Source: an uncultured Candidatus Rokubacteria bacterium (lineage in GTDB: Bacteria > Methylomirabilota > Methylomirabilia > Rokubacteriales > CSP1-6). From it: a stretch of 64,000 nucleotides of DNA. The stretch covers positions 32,001 through 96,000 of the forward strand of contig CAWBMV010000015.1 in NCBI GenBank assembly GCA_963789955.1, given 5' to 3'. A model generated the notes under the pieces. That model saw nothing but the letters and a program-made list of their open reading frames with translations, searched no databases and was not told where the DNA came from. Shown piece by piece: positions 58,008-64,000 of this stretch; within the stretch, counting starts at the first letter, position 1; every line of letters starts with the position of its first letter. The position numbers and the translations under genes are program-made.

Positions 58008-59016
58008 TCAGGCGCGGAGCGTGCCCTCGGCGAGCGCGATCAACGCGTCTTGAATGCGCCGGTCGATCTCGATGCCGTCGCGCGTGAGGCGCGCGCGCTC
58101 GCGATACCCGCGCTCGCCCGGGATGCGGATCTCGGCGACGCCTTCCTGGCGCGGCGTCGCCTTGATCGCGGCGATCTCCGCCGGCCAGCGCGCGTCGATA
58201 GTCGTCCAGCGGAACGAACAGATCGGGCTTGAACGCGATGAAAAGATATCCGGTGCTCTCCTCGGTCGGTACCGCGCTGCAGAGCACGCCGAGCGCGTGC
58301 GTGGCGAGCGCCAGCGCGTAGCCCTTGTGCCCGCCGAACGGCAAGATCGCGCCGCGCCGCGCGGCCTCGGCATCCGTCGTGGGACGACCACGCTCGTCGA
58401 GCGCCACGCCTTCCGGCAGCGGAATGCCGAGGCGCTGGCGGAACTGGAGATCGGTGCCCATGAACGCGGAGGTGCCGAGGTCGATCACGAGCGGATCGCC
58501 GTCCATCGGAAAACCGAACGCGATCGGATTAGTGCCGAGCGCCGGCTGCGCACCGCCCGGCGGAGCGACCATCGGCGGCGCGGCCACGGTGTGGATGGCG
58601 ATCAGGCCGGCGCGCGCCGCCATCTCGACGTAGTAGGCACTGCGCCCGCTCATCCAGATGTTGTTGACCGCCACCAGCGCGAAGCCGTGCGCCTGCGCGC
58701 GCTCGATCACGGCTCGCGTCGCGTAGTACATCCCGAGCATGCCGCTCTGGTTGCCGCCGTCGAAGAGCACCGACACGCTCGTCTCCTTGACGACGCGCAT
58801 CGGGTGGCGCGGAGCCTTGAAGAACGGATGATCGGCGACGTTCAGCAGCTTCGGGAGACCGGAATACTCGTAGCCGCAGACCGCGGCGTCGAGCACGTGG
58901 TCGGCGAGGATGCGGGCCTCCGCGGGCTCGTATCCGATCCCGCGCATGGCGCTCTCGGACAGCGTGCGGGCCTCGGCGACGCTCAGGTGAAGCCGGTCGC
59001 TGGACGCGGCCGGCAT
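58008..59016 (-). CDS. Ldh_2 (malate/L-lactate/sulfolactate dehydrogenase type 2) family oxidoreductase
   Basis: GTNPIAFGFP, VID..TS, PFGGHKGYAL, RIPGER; frameshift near 58190. Confidence 0.88.
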
Positions 59017-59021
59017 CGGGA

Positions 59022-59786
59022 TCACGCGCCCGGCGTGACGGTGCGATCGACCACGCTCATGCCCTCGAGCGCCAGGCCATAGCCCAGATAGTCGATCAGC
59101 TGCCGCTTGAGCGGCTGCGTGAAGAGCACACGCGTGTAGCGAAGCAGAAGCGCCGGTTGCCTGGCGATCTGCTCGGCCAGCGCCCAGGCGCGCGGCAGGA
59201 GATCGGGGCGCGGCAGCAGCTCGCTGACCAGCCCCAGCTCGAGTGCCTTCCGCGCGTCGAGGGTCTGCCCGGTCAGCAAGAAGTAGCGGCCGCGATTCCA
59301 GCCGAGCAGCAGCGGATAGATGATGTGCATGCCGTCGCCGGGGACCATCCCGTTCGGGAAGTGGGCCGAGTCCTGGAACTGCACGTCGTCGGCGGCGAGG
59401 ACGATGTCGCACAGGAGCGGAATCTCCGAATGCCTCCAGGCCGGGCCGTTGATGGCACCGATCATCGGCACCTCGATGTCGAGCAGGCTCATCAGCAGAT
59501 GCTTGCCCTCCCAGTAGACGCGATCCCACTGCGCCGGCGTGCTGCGCATGCCGGTGCCCCCGGCCGCGCGCGGACCGGAGTACGTATCACCCGTGCCGGT
59601 GAGGATCACGACCTTGTTCTCGGGATCGCTTCCGACGTCGCGAAAGGCCTGAGGAAACTCGCCGTGGGGCAGGAGTCCCCACTGCAACGGGCCGCCGTTG
59701 GTGTGAAACGTCATCTGCAAGATGCCGTCGCGGCGCTCCATGCGGATCGTCTGGAATTTCGTCGCGTAGTCGTCGAAGCGCGCCAT
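59022..59786 (-). CDS. Crotonase-superfamily protein, 6-oxocamphor/beta-diketone hydrolase-like
   Basis: HSEIPLLCDIVLAA...FQD..HFPNG.VPGDG, LG.NRGRYFLLTGQ. Confidence 0.85.
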   Translation of the reverse strand: MARFDDYATKFQTIRMERRDGILQMTFHTNGGPLQWGLLPHGEFPQAFRDVGSDPENKVVILTGTGDTYSGPRAAGGTGMRSTPAQWDRVYWEGKHLLMSLLDIEVPMIGAINGPAWRHSEIPLLCDIVLAADDVQFQDSAHFPNGMVPGDGMHIIYPLLLGWNRGRYFLLTGQTLDARKALELGLVSELLPRPDLLPRAWALAEQIARQPALLLRYTRVLFTQPLKRQLIDYLGYGLALEGMSVVDRTVTPGA

Positions 59787-59923
59787 CGGATTCGATCCTC
59801 CTCGACCCAGGCGGGACAGGCCTCGTCACTCCGACCGAGCCTCGTTGGCGCGAACAGGATATAGTCGCGACGCGAGCTGTTCAACGCGGCCGAGAGCCGC
59901 CAGGTCATGCATTGGAGATCATC

Positions 59924-62531
59924 ATGGACGCTCAGGACGCACGCTCCGTTCCCGACCCCCGCACACCCAGCCGGGGTCCCTTGACCGGCATCCGTGTCAT
60001 CGAGCTGGCCGACGAGCAGGCTGAGTACTGCGGGCTGACCCTGGCGGGGCTCGGCGCCGACGTGATCAAGGTCGAGCCGCCGGGCGGCAACCCCACGCGC
60101 CGCATCGGCCCCTTCTACGAAGATCGCGAGGATCGCGAGCGCTCGCTGTTCTTCTGGCAGTACAACCGCGGCAAGCGCTCGATCGTGCTCGACCTGCAGC
60201 ATCCGGACGACCAGGATCGATTCCGTTCGCTCGTGGCCGGCGCGGATGTGCTGCTGGAGTCGACGCCGCGCGGCGAGCTCGACACGCGCGGGCTGAGCGC
60301 GGATTCACTGATGCGGCAGTCGCCGACTCTGATCGTCGCGCGGGTGTCGCCGTTCGGCGATTCCGGTCCGTGGGCCGACTTCAAGGGCTCGGACCTGGTG
60401 CACCTCGCCCTGGGCGGCGTGATGATGAACTGCGGCTACGATCCGGCGCCCGGCGGCACGTACGACCTGCCGCCGATCGCCCCGCAGATGTGGCACGCCT
60501 TCCACATCGCCGGCGAGCAGCTCGCGCTCTCGATCATCGCCGCGCTGCTGTTTCGCTGGCGGACGGGCCAGGGACAGCGCGTGTCGTGCGCGATCCACGA
60601 GGCGGTCGCGAAATCCACCGAGGTCGACCTGATGACGTGGGTGATGCGGCGCGCGCTCGTACTGCGGCAGACGTGCCGTCACGCGCGCGAGGGCATCACC
60701 CCGCATCCGTCGATCGTGCACACGAAGGACGGGCGCTGGGTGATGGCGAATCTCGGGACGCGTCCGGGCGACACGGCGGCGCTCGTGACCCTGCTCGAGA
60801 AGTACGGCATGGACGCCGGCCTCGACCCCGAGAAAGCCACCGTGCCGACGAGCGGACGGTTCGTGCCGGGCACCGGGCCGAGCACGGAGAAGCGCGATCA
60901 CGCCATGGAGGCCGTCCAGCGCTTCGTGCGCGCGTTCACCTACGAGAACGTGCCGTGGCGCGAAGCCCAGGAGGCCGGCATGCTCTGGGCCCCTCTGCGT
61001 AAGCCCCACGAGAACGCGATGGACCCGCACTGGCTCGCGCGCCGGAGCTGCACCGACGTCGAGCATCCGGAGCTCGGCCGCTCCTTCCGCTATGCGACGA
61101 GCAAATGGCTCGCGACTGGAACGACCTGGTCGGTCGGTCGCGCGCGCGCCGCTCCTGAACGAGGATGCGAAGACCGTGATGCTTCCGCGCGAGCGCGACC
61201 TGCCGGTGGTCGACGCCGCGGCGCGCGCGCCGGTCGGCGAGGGGCTCTCGCCGCGCGGCAAGCCGTTCCCGCTGAACAAGATCCGCATCCTCGACTTCAC
61301 GTGGTTCCTGGCCTCGGCCGGCGGTACGCGATTCCTCGCCGCGTTCGGCGCCGAGAGCATCAAGGTCGAGCTGAAGAGCCATCCCGACACGCGCATGGCC
61401 GCGATGGCGCCGGTCGGCGGTCGAGCGGCTCGCGATGCGGCGACCGGGCCGTTGCGCGGCGTGACCGATCCGGACATGGGCGGGCAGTTCAACAACAAGA
61501 ACCCGGGCAAGCGCGGGATCTCGCTGAACGTCCGGCACCCGAAGGGCCTGGAGATCGCGCGCCGCCTGGTGGCGATGTCGGACGTCGTCGCCGAGGGGTT
61601 CTCGCCCGGCGTGCTCGACAACTGGGGACTCGGTTACGACGCCCTGCGCGCGATCAAGCCCGACATCATCTACGTCCAGCAGTCCGGGATGGGCGCGAAA
61701 GGCACCTACGGCCGCTTTCGGACCGTGGGTCCGATCGCGAATTCGTTCTCGGGCTTGTCGGAGATGTCAGGACTCCCGGAGCCGGCGATGCCGGCCGGGT
61801 GGGGCTACTCGTATCTCGACTGGATGGGGGCCTACAGCTTTGCCCTCGCGATCCTCAGCGCGCTCTTCCATCGCGCGCGAACGGGCGAAGGGCAGTGGGT
61901 CGACGCCTCGCAGTCCGAGGTCGGGCTCATGATCAGCGGCACCAGCATCCTCGACTGGTCGGCCAACGGACGCATCTGGTCCCGCTACGGTAATCGCTCT
62001 CCGTACAAGCCGGCGGCGCCGCACAACGTCTACCCGTGCGCCGGCGTCGATCGATGGCTCACGATCGCCTGCTTCACGGACGCGGAGTGGCGCGCGCTGA
62101 CCGAGGTCGCCGGACATCCGGAGTGGGCGAGCGACGACCGCTTCAGGGATCTCGCCGCGCGGCTGGCGCACCAGGATGCGCTCGACGCGCTCGTCGGCGG
62201 CTGGACCAAGACGCGCGATGCGTACGAGACGATGTTCGCCCTGCAGCGCGCCGGCGTGCCGGCCGGCGTTTGCCAGACGGCGGCGGACCGCTGCGACAAC
62301 GATCCGCAGCTGGCGGCGCTCTCGTGGCTGACCGAGGTGACCGGCACGAAGATCGGCCGGTGGCCGCTCGCCGAGGTGCCCGTCAAGCTGAGCGAGAGCC
62401 CGGCGTACATCGGCGGGCGCATCGATCGCGGCGCGCCCTGCTACGGCGAGGACAACAACTACGTGTACGGCGAGCTGCTCGGGATGTCGTCCCAGGAGAT
62501 CAAGGCGCTCGCCGAGGAGGGCGTCATCTAG
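59924..62531 (+). CDS. Tandem fused family III CoA-transferase (two domains; frameshift near 61140)
   Basis: Two CaiB domains ([13 protein letters not shown]...NRGKRS; FGAE.IKVE...NPGKRG) with no stop or RBS between them. Confidence 0.85.
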
Positions 62532-63848
62532 CGCGCGGCACGTCGCCGCTCAGCGGGCCGGCGAACTCGGCATTCGGCCCGAGCCGCGCCGCGACGCTTC
62601 TCGGCAACAACACGGTCATCCGGCCCTCGCTGCGCATCCGGCCGGCGATCGAGCCCGCGTCGGGGCTGTAGCCCCAATAGACGTCTCCGCGTACGGGACC
62701 ACGAATGGCTCCTCCGGTGTCCTGCATCACGAGCAGACGATGGAAGCGCTGGTCCGGCTTGGCCGTGTCCGGATCCGGCGCCGTCGTCTCGAGCCAGACC
62801 GGTACGCCGAGCGCGTGCACGGTGAGATCGACGGCAAGGCTCGCTTCCGGTGTCAGCGGCACGCCCTCGGCGCCGAGCGCTCCCAATGACGGGTCGCCGA
62901 TCGGCTGCTCGGTGAAGAACACGTAGGACGCGTTCGCGTTCATCAGCTGAGGAGCTTCGGCGGGATGCGCGAGAAGCCAGGCGCGTATCGACTGCATCGA
63001 GACCGTCTCGCGGCTGAGCTCGCCGCGCTGGATCAGGATCGCCCCGATCGGCGTGTAGGGCCGGCCGTTCTGCGCCGCATAGGCCGCGCGGACGACGGTT
63101 CCGTCGTCGAGAACGACCCGCCCCGACCCCTGAATCTGCAGGAAGAACGCGTCGACCGGATCGTCGACGAAGAGGATCGGCGCGGCCCCAGCCGGCCCGG
63201 CGACCTCGATCTCCGCTCGGGCGGGATAGGGAATCAAGCGTCCGTCCGCCACCTTGCCGACGATCCGCTGTCCCCTGAGATTGTCGCGGAACAGCCCGAG
63301 GTCGACGTTCACCAGGTCGACGGGAACACCGTAGAGCGGTGTTTGATAGGGACCGTGGCGTGTGCGGCTGCCCTTCAGCTGCGGCTCGTAGTAGCCCGTG
63401 AACAGGCCCGCGCCCGAGCCTTGCGCGACGCGGTAGGGCACGAATTCGGATTCGAAAAAACCGCGCACCGCGTCCGGATCATCGATCGAAACCTGCGCGG
63501 CCGTGACGCAGACCTGGCGCCACTCACCCGCGGTGCCCGCGTAGTTGACGCCTCCGAGCGGCGCGTCGTCAGGTCTGGCCGCGAGCGCGGCGCACGAGCG
63601 TAGGAACGCCTGCAGGGCGCTTCGTGGATCGCTTTGCGTCCACCCGTCGAGCTCGCCGGGTGATACGGCGTCGAGGCGAAGCAAGAGTGGAACGGCAGGT
63701 GGTGGCGCCGGGCTCGGCGCGGGGTCGGCGTCGGCGGCACCGGCGTCGTCACACAGCCGGCGAGAATCGCCGCGGCGAGCACGGCGATACGACCTCTCGA
63801 TCTCAGACGGAAAACCGCGCGCGCCGACGCGCACGTCCTCGAGCTCAA
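62524..63848 (-). CDS. mltA: Membrane-bound lytic murein transglycosylase A
   Basis: ILAGC lipobox (frameshifted), FTGYYEP, QIQGSG, N.SYVFF, QDTGGAI.G..R.D. Confidence 0.9.
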
Positions 63849-64000
63849 TAGGGCTCTTTGACGAAGATGAAGGTCGTCCCCTGCACGATCGGAGCGCTCG
63901 CGCCGACGAACGAGACGTTGACGTCCTTGACCTGGCGCTCGCCCGCGCGCCCCGACGCTTGCAGCGCGCCCTCGATGATGTGCCAGAGACCGTGGATGCG
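63845..64000 (-). CDS. C-terminus of a thiolase-like protein (partial)
   Basis: RIHGLWHIIEGALQASGRAGERQVKD pattern of SCP2-type thiolase C-termini. Confidence 0.65.
   Translation of the reverse strand, partial: RIHGLWHIIEGALQASGRAGERQVKDVNVSFVGASAPIVQGTTFIFVKEPY

Overview
High-GC (roughly 69% by eye) bacterial accessory/metabolic region with about 60 genes. No rRNA, tRNA, CRISPR array, integrase or transposase is recognisable. Many genes are split by single-base indels, most densely at 29-33.5 kb, which looks like long-read consensus error, so several coordinates are reconstructed and approximate. The gene repertoire resembles soil Rokubacteria-like genomes, but this is an impression, not a taxonomic assignment. 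Main blocks: (1) ECF sigma factors, including an ECF42-type YciI-YciI-sigma module with two matching promoter motifs; (2) a Liv-type ABC importer plus Rieske oxygenase, SDR and flavin monooxygenase; (3) two paralogous ferritin-like di-iron genes, one lacking metal ligands, followed by a CoxL/XDH-family molybdoenzyme; (4) a LacI-controlled GH31 / Dpp-type ABC / GH39 glycoside-utilisation locus with a perfect 18-bp operator palindrome; (5) the most striking block, a tightly coupled operon of IorA/IorB-type molybdoenzyme, cytochrome c, FccB/SoxF, SoxX, SoxY with a non-canonical AACLEDA arm, SoxZ, SoxA and a CapA-type metallohydrolase, with no soxB or soxCD; (6) a CoA-transferase-rich catabolic region including a 6-oxocamphor-hydrolase-like crotonase, HpcH aldolase, Ldh_2 dehydrogenase and a PQQ dehydrogenase; then mltA and a partial thiolase-like gene.
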